Under the pieces are notes generated by a model, which saw nothing but the letters and a program-made list of their open reading frames with translations, was not told the DNA's origin and did no database searches. From contig JAURDW010000003.1 of NCBI GenBank assembly GCA_030827745.1, positions 1 to 60,120 of the forward strand: 60,120 nucleotides of DNA, read 5' to 3'. Source of the stretch: Poseidonia sp. Lineage in GTDB: Archaea > Thermoplasmatota > Poseidoniia > Poseidoniales > Poseidoniaceae. The position numbers and the translations under genes are program-made. This document shows, piece by piece, positions 46,728-55,786 of this stretch (position 1 is the stretch's first letter; the number at the start of each line of letters is the position of its first letter).

Positions 46728-46804
46728 GTGTTCACCTCAAGCTCCCGCAGTTGCCGGTGGGTTGTGCCGAGGCACAATGCGGTAAAACCGCAGGAGTGTT
46801 TTGT

Positions 46805-47425
46805 TCACTTGAGGAGTTTTGCAATCTCGTCTTGTGAAACCTGTTGATAGCCAGTACCTGGCGTGATGACGGCCAAATCCATTCCGTTGCCGGAGGCCGC
46901 ATCGCGCTGTCCTGATGCATGGAGGGCTCGTGCAGCCAATTTTAAGGCCTCCGCTTGAGACATGTTCTCTTTGAAGCCGTCTTCAAGGACACCGTACATG
47001 TAGGGCGAACCCGACCCTGTGGCGCAGTAAACGTCGGGGATGGACCCTCCTGCGGAGTCGATGGAATACACGTGCCCTCCGTCTGCGTCAACACCGACGA
47101 TAAGCAATTGGACCCAGTGAGGTCGACCGGACAAGATGTTGGCCGTGAGCGTGGCGGCGCCCTTCACCGTCATGGGTTGTTGCCGACGAAGTTCAAACAG
47201 GGCCACTTCAGCCGTAAGGGTTCGTGAAAGGGATTGGGCATGGCCGACCAGACCCGCTGTGGTCAACGCAAGGTTATCGCCAATTTTGAAGAGTTTTTGG
47301 ACGCTCTTGTTGGCGATGAAATGGCCCATAGTGGCCCGATGGTCTGCCCCGACGACAACGCCGCCCTTGAAGGTGATACCGACGGTGCTGGTTCCGGTCT
47401 TCATGACATGTTGCTGTTCTGACAT
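46805..47425 (-). CDS. psmB: Proteasome subunit beta
   Basis: MKTG|TSTVG propeptide junction, GADHRATMG, ATGSGSP, RDAASGNG. Confidence 0.97.
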   Translation of the reverse strand: MSEQQHVMKTGTSTVGITFKGGVVVGADHRATMGHFIANKSVQKLFKIGDNLALTTAGLVGHAQSLSRTLTAEVALFELRRQQPMTVKGAATLTANILSGRPHWVQLLIVGVDADGGHVYSIDSAGGSIPDVYCATGSGSPYMYGVLEDGFKENMSQAEALKLAARALHASGQRDAASGNGMDLAVITPGTGYQQVSQDEIAKLLK

Positions 47426-47578
47426 GATACCCTCTCCACACCGACACTTCTTGAACCTTGAGGCTTTGAGAACTCAATCGGGCTTGAGGGCTTCGCTTCC
47501 CGTTGGGTCCACCAAATGTGGTCAACGGGAGCCTTTGACGAGGGGAGTGTTGAAGAATCTTCGGGCGGTTGCCTTGGC

Positions 47579-48202
47579 ATGCGACGGCGTCGAAGACGGC
47601 AACCAGACGAAGCCCAATCCTCGCTTGACAGGTTCACCCGGGAAAACCGAGCCCCCCCTTCGCCTGCGGAACCTCAAGTCCCCCCCATGCCTGACCTCGA
47701 CGTTCTTGAAGCCGCCGAAGCAAAGCTGGACGGCAGAGCGGTTGCGCCCCCCGTCGAACAGGAACCTCAGGTTGATGGACCAAGGCGTTTCCAAATGCCG
47801 AGCGAGAAGAGGGAAAACATCGCTCCACTCCCATCAACTTCAACCACCTACCACGACATGGGCATGTTGTATCCAAACGCCCCCGTCCCGCTCTATGAGG
47901 GCGAGATGGTCTTGCACAACGCAACGCTGGTTGACCTCACGGGTTGCGGAGTGCTGATGGATTGGGTCGCTGAGGGCCACGGATGCGTGGTGGAGATGAA
48001 GCGAATGATGGCTCAAAAAACCGAGTTCAACCTCGCATTAAGCACCCTCACCGAATTCATTGAAGGCGACGCTCAAGGTCAGATCATTCGAATCACAGAT
48101 ACACGGCTTCTTTTGCTCCCCCAAGGTTGTAGGGGTATTCGGGGGACGGAAATGGAAGGCTTTGCAGTCCCCCCCGGTGACCTCAAGGATGTGTACAAGT
48201 GA
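47579..48202 (+). CDS. SepF-like cell division protein with long disordered N-terminal half
   Basis: C-terminal VMDWVAEGHGCVVEM...LSTLTEFIEGDAQGQIIRITDTRLLLLPQG matches the SepF core pattern; adjacent to ZPR1. Confidence 0.62.
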   Translation: MRRRRRRQPDEAQSSLDRFTRENRAPPSPAEPQVPPMPDLDVLEAAEAKLDGRAVAPPVEQEPQVDGPRRFQMPSEKRENIAPLPSTSTTYHDMGMLYPNAPVPLYEGEMVLHNATLVDLTGCGVLMDWVAEGHGCVVEMKRMMAQKTEFNLALSTLTEFIEGDAQGQIIRITDTRLLLLPQGCRGIRGTEMEGFAVPPGDLKDVYK

Positions 48203-48840
48203 ACGAACAGGACATCGACATTCCTTGCCCGGTTTGTTCTGCCTCCGGCCAGGTCAAGATGATCTCGCACATTGACGAAATCCCCTATTTCGGCGAACAC
48301 ACGCAAGTCACCCTGCTTTGCGACGCATGCGGATGGCGCCAAACGGATTTTATCCCCGCCGAAGGGAAGAAGGCAGGGGCGTGGTCGATGGTCATCGATA
48401 GCGATGAGAAATTGACCGCTCGTGTCGTTCGCTCCTCTTCGTGCACCGTCGTCCTTCCAGAACTTGACCTCCAAGTCAACCCCGGGACCAGTGCAACGGG
48501 CTATGTGTCAAACGTTGAGGGCGTTTTGCAGCGTTTTCGGGAAGTGATCGACATGGTTGAGCGGGACCTCCTCTCCGATGTTGAAGCACTTGATGAAGGC
48601 ACACGAACAACCGTCACCGAACACTTGGCGACGCTGCAGGGCATGAAACTCGCCATTGGCCAACTCGGCAATCCCGAATCGAACCCGCTCACCTTGGTCC
48701 TGCTTGACCCGCACGGGCACTCCATGATTCTCCACCCGGAGGCTAAAGAGCGGGATCTCACCGAAGAAGAAATCGGAGTTTTACCGGTTGGACCGGACCC
48801 TGCTGTTTTCTCGAGTGACGAAGTTGAACCGTCATCGTGA
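48199..48840 (+). CDS. ZPR1 zinc-finger domain protein
   Basis: CPVC...IPYFGE...CDACGWRQTD, RVVRSSSCTV..PEL, GYVSNVEGVL, LLDPHGHSMI. Confidence 0.93.
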   Translation: MNEQDIDIPCPVCSASGQVKMISHIDEIPYFGEHTQVTLLCDACGWRQTDFIPAEGKKAGAWSMVIDSDEKLTARVVRSSSCTVVLPELDLQVNPGTSATGYVSNVEGVLQRFREVIDMVERDLLSDVEALDEGTRTTVTEHLATLQGMKLAIGQLGNPESNPLTLVLLDPHGHSMILHPEAKERDLTEEEIGVLPVGPDPAVFSSDEVEPSS

Positions 48841-50217
48841 GTCTTCGGCGAGGAAGGCGTCCACGAGGTGGGCGGTTTCGTCTCTTTTTTCGTGAAGTTC
48901 TTTCATCCACCGTTCTGCTGCTTCGGTGCAATGTTGTTTCATCTCACCTGCCAACAGGGCACCAGAGCGAAACGATGCGTTGAGTTCAGCCAAGAAGGCG
49001 TCATCCTCCTCAAAGAAATACATCATGTACTGATAAGCGACATCCACATCGGGATTTCCACCCAGACGTCGGTGTTCTTCAACGGTGGATTGCCCACCCG
49101 AAAAAGCCCGTTTGATCTTCTTCTGAACCGTGGCGAGGTCGTCCCTCAAAAACAGTGTTGTTTTGGGTTGACTGCTGCTCATTTTGTCCCCTGTCATCCC
49201 AACTGCAAAGTGGTGATAGGTGGAGGAGGGCGCAAGCAAACCCATGCCACCCATCGAGCGTTCAAGTTGAAGCAACGCCATGCGAATCCCGTGGGCATCT
49301 CGCGTGGTGGCTGAAGGCACGCGAACATGGCCCTGTTTCGGACTGGACAGAATGTCAGAAAAGCCAAGGCTGGTCAAAACATCAACAACACGCCCAAAGA
49401 CCGAGTTCACCTTTTCACGGTCAAGACGACCGTTTGGCATTTGCCCAAAAGCGGTAGCGTTCTCGTCGTGAACGGACAGGCTGATCAGGGCACCTCCTGA
49501 AGGCGCCTCCTTGAGGTTGAACCAATTGGTTTTCGCAGCCAACCCTCGGGTGAGGCGGAGGTGAGGGTCTTGGTCAACCCCCACGGGGACGACCACGGGG
49601 CGAAGCCCGCCATAAGCATCGAGTTGAGGGTGTAAAATATCACCTACTTGGACGAGAGGGGCTTGAACATGAGCAAGATTGGTTTCACCAGAAAAGCCGT
49701 AGATGGCTTCAAATTCGTTCAGGTTTGTTCGCTTACCAAGTTGAAAACCCAACCGTTGGACGACCGGGCGGGAGGATTGGAAGTAAACCTGGGTCTTGTC
49801 GGAGTCGAGGCCGAGGGCAGCGTAGTGGGCGAGGTATTCCTCCAAGGCAATCCTGCGGCCTTTTTCCAAAGAGACACCTCGTGTGGCCTGACTTTCCAAG
49901 TCTGCCACGGCGATGGTAACATCCCCTCCTAGCTCTTGAAACCACTTGGCTTGCTCAATCACCATGGAATGACCCAAATGCATCTGGCCGCTTGGCATCA
50001 ACCCAGTGAGCACACCAAACGCTTGACCCGTGCGGTGCGCCTCCGTGATTTGGTCCACGTCACGATGAGCGAACACAATGCCCCTGCGATGCAGTTTGGT
50101 GGGGTTCGGCATGGTTGAGGCGTTCAAAGGTGTCAATCCAAACTGGGTGATGATGCGTTCATAATCCGTCGACTGTGAACTGCCCCAGGGGTCGATGAGC
50201 ACTTCGTCTTCCCCCAC
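48832..50217 (-). CDS. trpS: Tryptophan--tRNA ligase
   Basis: LIDPWG, TGLMPSGQMHLGH, VPVGVDQDPH, KMSSS; GTG start at 50217 with GGAGG SD. Confidence 0.95.
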   Translation of the reverse strand: MGEDEVLIDPWGSSQSTDYERIITQFGLTPLNASTMPNPTKLHRRGIVFAHRDVDQITEAHRTGQAFGVLTGLMPSGQMHLGHSMVIEQAKWFQELGGDVTIAVADLESQATRGVSLEKGRRIALEEYLAHYAALGLDSDKTQVYFQSSRPVVQRLGFQLGKRTNLNEFEAIYGFSGETNLAHVQAPLVQVGDILHPQLDAYGGLRPVVVPVGVDQDPHLRLTRGLAAKTNWFNLKEAPSGGALISLSVHDENATAFGQMPNGRLDREKVNSVFGRVVDVLTSLGFSDILSSPKQGHVRVPSATTRDAHGIRMALLQLERSMGGMGLLAPSSTYHHFAVGMTGDKMSSSQPKTTLFLRDDLATVQKKIKRAFSGGQSTVEEHRRLGGNPDVDVAYQYMMYFFEEDDAFLAELNASFRSGALLAGEMKQHCTEAAERWMKELHEKRDETAHLVDAFLAEDSR

Positions 50218-50236
50218 GGTGATGCCTCCAACGAGC

Positions 50237-51532
50237 CTACGCTTCCTCTTGGACATCAAGCCTTTGCTTGGAACCATGAGGAGGGGCCGGGTTTGGGGCT
50301 TTCTTGAGAACCGCCAAATTTGACAGAGGCCCGAGCCCTTCACGGCCCAACACGCCGAGCATGGCGACAACGGTGAGGAACCCAACGCCCAACACAGCGT
50401 AGGGAATCCAGGCGTGAACACCTTCCACCGCTCTGGGTTGCACCAGCCAAGTGAACCTGACGTTGGTGTCCTCGAGGAAACGTTTGGACCAAGAGAACAA
50501 ATCCGTTGTTTGGTGCCCAGCAACGGTCACGGCCGACGAGAGGTTGTTGAAAAATTGGGTTTGACCGAGAATGTCGTACGATGCGTTGCGCTCGTTCAAG
50601 TGAATTTCAACTGGATGCCCGTTGACGAGAGCCAAAACGAGGGGCCCGTCGCCTTCTTGCCTCCAACCTTCCGAAAGCGTCTTTTTCCCCTCGAGGGAAG
50701 CCAATTCGCCGTCCGTCCCATCAACCGAAACCACTTCGGCACCCTCCGTGCTGATGAGCCAGGTTAACGGAACATTCCACGGAAGGTCCTTTGTGACGCC
50801 TGTACAGGCAGGCGTAAGGAGGGCTTCAAAAGCGAGAACAGTCCCGTTTTCGGAAGGACGTGTTTCATGCTTGAACTCGTAACAACGTTTTCCAGACCAG
50901 ACCGACCATGCCTCGCCCCATGTTGTCAGCCAAACATCCGGATGCGTATCGAGCAAAGACAAAACATCGCGGTCGTGGCGAACGGTCGCATCGTTGACCC
51001 GCCCAATCCAATACATGTTGAACAAGCCGCCTTCTGCAATCGCCGTTTCAACCGTTTCAAGCGAAGCAAGCTCTTTTTCCAAACTCCCCCCACGTCGGCC
51101 GAGGTTGTACCATTCCCAGAGGTCGTTCGGCTCGTCGTTTGAGCTGTGCCACGCTGTGTCAACAAGACCGGTGTCGTCGCCGTGGACGACGAAATTCTGC
51201 GAGGCCACCTTTTGGTGGTCGGCCATGGTCAGTGTATCCGGCGTGAAAATGGACAGGGGGTGGTGGCCCCATGCACTGGCATTGAGGCGTTCTTCGACAT
51301 AGGTCCTGCATGCCGATGCCACGGCACCGGGATCGTTGTCCCACGACAACCCTGGGACTCCGTAGCAACCAAATTCGTCGCCCGCTTCCAAACGGTCTTG
51401 GGCGTACGAAGTGCGTAGCCACCCATCTTCTTCCCAAGCAGATTGAGCCAGTGCAACTGGATGAATCGTGACGAGCAGGAGGGTGGAACACAACACGAGC
51501 GATGGGAGGTTGGAGGCCCACCTGTGTCGCAT
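50237..51532 (-). CDS. Secreted, C-terminally anchored hypothetical protein
   Basis: Signal peptide ...PVALA; C-terminal TM WIPYAVLGVGFLTVVAMLGVL followed by a basic tail. Confidence 0.78.
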   Translation of the reverse strand: MRHRWASNLPSLVLCSTLLLVTIHPVALAQSAWEEDGWLRTSYAQDRLEAGDEFGCYGVPGLSWDNDPGAVASACRTYVEERLNASAWGHHPLSIFTPDTLTMADHQKVASQNFVVHGDDTGLVDTAWHSSNDEPNDLWEWYNLGRRGGSLEKELASLETVETAIAEGGLFNMYWIGRVNDATVRHDRDVLSLLDTHPDVWLTTWGEAWSVWSGKRCYEFKHETRPSENGTVLAFEALLTPACTGVTKDLPWNVPLTWLISTEGAEVVSVDGTDGELASLEGKKTLSEGWRQEGDGPLVLALVNGHPVEIHLNERNASYDILGQTQFFNNLSSAVTVAGHQTTDLFSWSKRFLEDTNVRFTWLVQPRAVEGVHAWIPYAVLGVGFLTVVAMLGVLGREGLGPLSNLAVLKKAPNPAPPHGSKQRLDVQEEA

Positions 51533-51656
51533 GGCGGTGGCTCTGCTTTGCGCCCTTTGACGCTTGTCCTTGGCCCAAAGCATGAGCCCACGAAACGGGA
51601 GCCTCTACCTCAACGGGTGAAAAAACATCAAAACCCCGTGTTGTGACTCCGTGCCC

Positions 51657-52442
51657 ATGGTCGCAGACACCTCTCTTGCACGAGCATGGGAAAATCTGCG
51701 TCCGCATTGGGCCATCGAACCCAACGAAGGTTCGCTTCCCGCAACACCGGTCTACAGCGGCCTTCGCTTGTTTCTCTCCCCGTTGCTTCGGCCCGTGCTC
51801 CGCTGGAAAATTTCAGGTGCGCACCGTATCCCCCGCCAAGGCCCAACCATCCTCGCCGCCAACCATCTGTCTCACATCGACCCTATCGCGGTCATTGCTG
51901 CTGCCCGTCGCACCACGCATTATCTCGCAAAAGACGGACATTTCAGCAACCCAATGACCCGTTTTGTCATGCGGGCGACGGGCCAAATCGAAACCCAACG
52001 TGAACAAGGCGGGAACGAAGCATTGGCGAGTGCAGCAAACATCCTGCTGGAAGGGAAGGCGTTGGGCATTTTCCCCGAAGGCACGCGTTCCAAACGAAGC
52101 GAGGCGCCCTTTTTGCTGCCCGGAAAAACCGGGGTGGCGCGCCTCGCAGCAGCCCATCCTCAAGCCGTTGTGGTCCCTATTGCGCTCGTTGGCACCCGCA
52201 ACGTGATGCAACCGCAACACCACAAATGGCCTCGTTTGTGGCGGCGATTTCACGTCAACGCCGGTGAAGGAACAACATGGCTGGCGTGGTTGGCCGATGC
52301 CAACGGCGGCGGCATGACGGCTACGGATTTGGAAAACCTTCGACGAAAAGAAGACCATGAAATACGCAGCGCACTTTCAGGTTTGTTCAGGACGTTCACG
52401 GATCAACTGATGGGCAGTCTGAGCGCATTGGGTGCACCTTGA
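51657..52442 (+). CDS. PlsC-family lysophospholipid acyltransferase
   Basis: ANHLSHID (HxxxxD), YLAK, IFPEGTRS, GKTGVARLA, VVPIAL. Confidence 0.92.
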   Translation: MVADTSLARAWENLRPHWAIEPNEGSLPATPVYSGLRLFLSPLLRPVLRWKISGAHRIPRQGPTILAANHLSHIDPIAVIAAARRTTHYLAKDGHFSNPMTRFVMRATGQIETQREQGGNEALASAANILLEGKALGIFPEGTRSKRSEAPFLLPGKTGVARLAAAHPQAVVVPIALVGTRNVMQPQHHKWPRLWRRFHVNAGEGTTWLAWLADANGGGMTATDLENLRRKEDHEIRSALSGLFRTFTDQLMGSLSALGAP

Positions 52443-52474
52443 AGGTTCATCAAGGGTGAACCGACAAGACCTAC

Positions 52475-53281
52475 GTGGAGCACCCTGTGAGCCCGTTTGG
52501 ACCCTTTCGCTTGCGCGAGGGTTTGAGCCGACCCGTGGAGGGGGTGCAAGCCGAAGTGAGGGGTTTGTACCTCTTGCACCAAATCGCAACGGCCTCGAAT
52601 GCATGGAGCATCGAGCCTTCCGAGATCAATCCGTTGTGGTCGAGGATCGTGTCCACCGACGGCACACCCGTGGTGAGCATTGAACCAATGGCCACCGTAA
52701 CGAGCCATCTCAACAGATTCAACCAGCACCTCTACATCAAACTGGACAGAGTCTTGCTGTGCATTCTCAACGACGAGAACGTGAATTGCGCTTTAGTTGA
52801 CGGATTGATCACCACCGTTCTTCTGGGAGAAGCAGGTTGGCCACTCTCGCACACGCCTCGAGATTTACGGGAGAAATCGTGGGCAGCCAACAGACGGCGA
52901 CGGCGCAGCATAAAATCCAAACTTCGCAAGACAGGGAATCTGTTCGGACTCCCCTACAGGGCCAAACACCTTGACGATTTTGCACGCATGCAGCAGAAAA
53001 TGCGGGTTGGACCAGCCAATCAACGCTTGGCCAACCTCGGAGGTTATGCCCGAAAGCTGTACGTTGGATTTGGGTGCTCAAACCTTGAGGTCCAACGTCA
53101 TTTGACCCTGCTCATGGACTCAATTACGCCCAACGAAGTCACGGCGTACCTCAGCCAAGCAAGAGAACCAACCGATGCTTTGTTTTTTGCACCGCTTCTG
53201 GAAAAATGGTCTGAACAAGGCCTAAGTGCTGGCTTCGGAGACGACGAAGGGGGAAGGTCATGGACGCGTATTTGGAATTGA
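52475..53281 (+). CDS. Hypothetical protein with basic patch
   Basis: 268-aa ORF filling the plsC-thyA gap; [13 protein letters not shown]; overlaps the thyA start by 22 nt. Confidence 0.6.
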   Translation: MEHPVSPFGPFRLREGLSRPVEGVQAEVRGLYLLHQIATASNAWSIEPSEINPLWSRIVSTDGTPVVSIEPMATVTSHLNRFNQHLYIKLDRVLLCILNDENVNCALVDGLITTVLLGEAGWPLSHTPRDLREKSWAANRRRRRSIKSKLRKTGNLFGLPYRAKHLDDFARMQQKMRVGPANQRLANLGGYARKLYVGFGCSNLEVQRHLTLLMDSITPNEVTAYLSQAREPTDALFFAPLLEKWSEQGLSAGFGDDEGGRSWTRIWN

Positions 53282-54054
53282 TGCGCCACATCCTCAACGA
53301 GGGCGTGGAGAAAGGCGACCGGACGGGCACGGGGACCAAGTCGGTGTTCGGTTACCAAATGCGGTTTGACCTCTCGAAGGGTTTTCCGATGGTGACAACA
53401 AAGAAACTCCACCTCCCGTCCATCGTCCACGAATTGCTTTGGTTCCTCAAGGGAGAAACCAACATCGGCTATTTGCAAGAAAACGGCGTTCGGATTTGGA
53501 ACGAGTGGGCCGATGAAAACGGCGACTTGGGCCCCGTTTACGGGAAGCAATGGCGGCGGTGGGAAGCGAAGGATGGGCGAATCATTGACCAAGTCGACGA
53601 AGCGATACAGGCCATCAAGACCAACCCGAACAGCCGTAGAATTATCGTTTCCGCTTGGAACGTGGGTGAATTGGACGAGATGGCTTTGATGCCGTGTCAC
53701 GCCTTCTTCCAATTCCACGTGGCAGAAGGCAAATTGAACTGCCAGTTGTATCAGCGCAGTGCTGATGTGTTTCTTGGTGTTCCGTTCAACATCGCTTCCT
53801 ACGCCCTTTTGACGCACATGATGGCTCAAGTTTGCGGCTTAGAAGCGGGCACGTTCGTCCACACTTTAGGCGATGCACACCTCTACAACAACCATTTGGA
53901 ACAAGCCGCACTCCAAATCACCAGAGAACCGCTGCCGCTGCCGAGGTTGAAGTTGAACCCAAACATTCACACCATCGACGGGTTCACCTACGAGGACATC
54001 GAAGTGATTGGTTACGAGCACCATCCCCACATCAAAGCACCCATCTCGATTTGA
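53260..54054 (+). CDS. thyA: Thymidylate synthase (bacterial-like)
   Basis: [50 protein letters not shown]. Confidence 0.97.
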   Translation: MDAYLELMRHILNEGVEKGDRTGTGTKSVFGYQMRFDLSKGFPMVTTKKLHLPSIVHELLWFLKGETNIGYLQENGVRIWNEWADENGDLGPVYGKQWRRWEAKDGRIIDQVDEAIQAIKTNPNSRRIIVSAWNVGELDEMALMPCHAFFQFHVAEGKLNCQLYQRSADVFLGVPFNIASYALLTHMMAQVCGLEAGTFVHTLGDAHLYNNHLEQAALQITREPLPLPRLKLNPNIHTIDGFTYEDIEVIGYEHHPHIKAPISI

Positions 54055-54063
54055 GGGACGTCC

Positions 54064-54534
54064 ATGCTCACCATGATTTTTGCTTGCGACAAAGCGGGGG
54101 CCATTGGAAAAGAGGGGTCACTTCCTTGGAAGCAGTCCAGTGACCTCCAATTTTTCAAACAAATCACGCTCAACAAGAACGTGGTCATGGGACGAAAAAC
54201 CTGGGACAGTCTTGGTCGCCCATTACCCAACCGGCGCAACATCGTCATGACGAGGAACGAAGCGTTTGCCGAAGCTGAACGCATGACCTATGAGCAAGTG
54301 ATGGCGCTTGCAGAAAACGAAGAGGTCGTCATCATCGGCGGAGGAGAAATCTACGCCCTCTTTTTGGACCACACCAAGGAACTCCATCGAACGGTGGTCC
54401 ATACCTTGGTTGAGGATGCCGACACATACGCTCCTAATTTTGACCATCTCGGGTTCCACTTGCTCACAGAACGTCATGTGCCCGCAGGCCCGAGGGACGA
54501 GCACCCGATGACGTTTCAGCACTGGATTGTTTGA
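54064..54534 (+). CDS. folA: Dihydrofolate reductase
   Basis: IGKEGSLPWKQSSDLQFFK, VMGRKTW, LPNRRNIV, IIGGGEIY, ADTYAP. Confidence 0.95.
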   Translation: MLTMIFACDKAGAIGKEGSLPWKQSSDLQFFKQITLNKNVVMGRKTWDSLGRPLPNRRNIVMTRNEAFAEAERMTYEQVMALAENEEVVIIGGGEIYALFLDHTKELHRTVVHTLVEDADTYAPNFDHLGFHLLTERHVPAGPRDEHPMTFQHWIV

Positions 54535-54903
54535 TCACTCCGGACGGTATTCCGTCACGCGCACGCCAAGGCGACCTTGCAGCGCCTCTCGCTGCATAAT
54601 TCGAGCGTACTTTTTCTCAAAGGCTGCCTTGAGGTCAACCTCCATCGCAAGACTGTGCCCCATCAACAAAATCAGCACATCGGCCATCTCCTCTGCACAT
54701 TCATCCAAGGGTTTCCCCTTTGTCACCGCCGCTGCAAGTTCGCCAAGTTCCTCGACCGTCAGAGCGATACGGTAGCCCATGTCGTGGCCGTTTTTTCCTG
54801 CGAAATCATGTTTTTCGTGAAACATGGCGACCTTTCTCATCATTGTTTCCCATTCGTCTTGGGGTTCATGGGCCATCCATTCATCCACGCTTCGGCCTTC
54901 CAT
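54535..54903 (-). CDS. MazG-like nucleotide pyrophosphohydrolase
   Basis: EELGELAAAV...EEMADVLILL. Confidence 0.88.
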   Translation of the reverse strand: MEGRSVDEWMAHEPQDEWETMMRKVAMFHEKHDFAGKNGHDMGYRIALTVEELGELAAAVTKGKPLDECAEEMADVLILLMGHSLAMEVDLKAAFEKKYARIMQREALQGRLGVRVTEYRPE

Positions 54904-54939
54904 GCACTCGACTTGGAAGAAGAGCACATGAGTTTTGGC

Positions 54940-55719
54940 TTAGGACAACAAGCCAAGAATACATGCCCAAACAGGTTGAAGGCGCTCGTTGGCTTGTGCG
55001 GAAACTTCGAGATGGTCCAAGTCTTTTGAGGCATCCCCTGGCTCCCGACCAGCGGCCCAGTTTGACGAAATGCAAAGAGCGGCATAAGGCAGGTCAAGTT
55101 CGTTTGCAAGTTTGGCCTCACGCGGCATCGTCATGCCAACCATGTCCCCACCAAGCCGCTCAATGGCGTTGACTTCAGCGATGGTTTCGAATTGGGGGCC
55201 TTGCGTGAGCCAATACGTGTACTGCATGCACTCTTCCTGACCGAAGTTTTGAACCTTCACGAGGATGGATTGCAACGTCCGATTCAGGACCTCATCAAAC
55301 GGCACCGTCACGGATGTAAATCGGGCCTCATCGTCGTGAAATGTCGAGGGAACCCCTGTAAAATCGATGTATTGGTCTGCAAGGGCAACTTTCCCAGGAG
55401 GGAAATCCCGAGCGATGGCGCCGACCGAACAGACCGAAACTACAGCATCAACGGCGGCCCCGTGCATGGCCATGAGGTTCGCTCGGTGGTTGATGGCGTG
55501 GGGAGGGCAGTTGTGTCCCCCGTTCCGATGGTGGCGTTGCAAGAAAAAAAGTTCGTGAGCGACACCATTGCATTCCAGCGTAAAGGCACGAAGCGGGACG
55601 GAGCCAAACGATGTCTCCACCGTCATACGGTCGTCACGAATCAAGTGAATACCGTCGTCGAGTTGCTCGCTCAGGTCCATGTCCACCAAGCCCGTTCCCC
55701 CAATAACGCCCAGTCGCAT
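54940..55719 (-). CDS. 5'-methylthioadenosine/purine nucleoside phosphorylase (MTAP family)
   Basis: LGVIGGTG, FLQRHH, PPHAINHRANL, DQYIDFT, GPQFETIAE, VGMTMPREA, SNWAAG. Confidence 0.92.
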   Translation of the reverse strand: MRLGVIGGTGLVDMDLSEQLDDGIHLIRDDRMTVETSFGSVPLRAFTLECNGVAHELFFLQRHHRNGGHNCPPHAINHRANLMAMHGAAVDAVVSVCSVGAIARDFPPGKVALADQYIDFTGVPSTFHDDEARFTSVTVPFDEVLNRTLQSILVKVQNFGQEECMQYTYWLTQGPQFETIAEVNAIERLGGDMVGMTMPREAKLANELDLPYAALCISSNWAAGREPGDASKDLDHLEVSAQANERLQPVWACILGLLS

Positions 55720-55786
55720 GGGAAGAGACGCTCCGCCCGCCCATGTCAAACCTGCGGCGGAGAACGCCGTAAAAGCCGAAATGGCT

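Noticed and set aside
49230-49510. About 90-aa insertion in TrpRS before the KMSSS motif
   Set aside because: To my knowledge similar insertions occur in other euryarchaeal TrpRSs, so it is not evidently novel
50218-50523. N-terminal extension of TrpRS
   Set aside because: It overlaps the upstream gene in another frame; the SD supports GTG 50217
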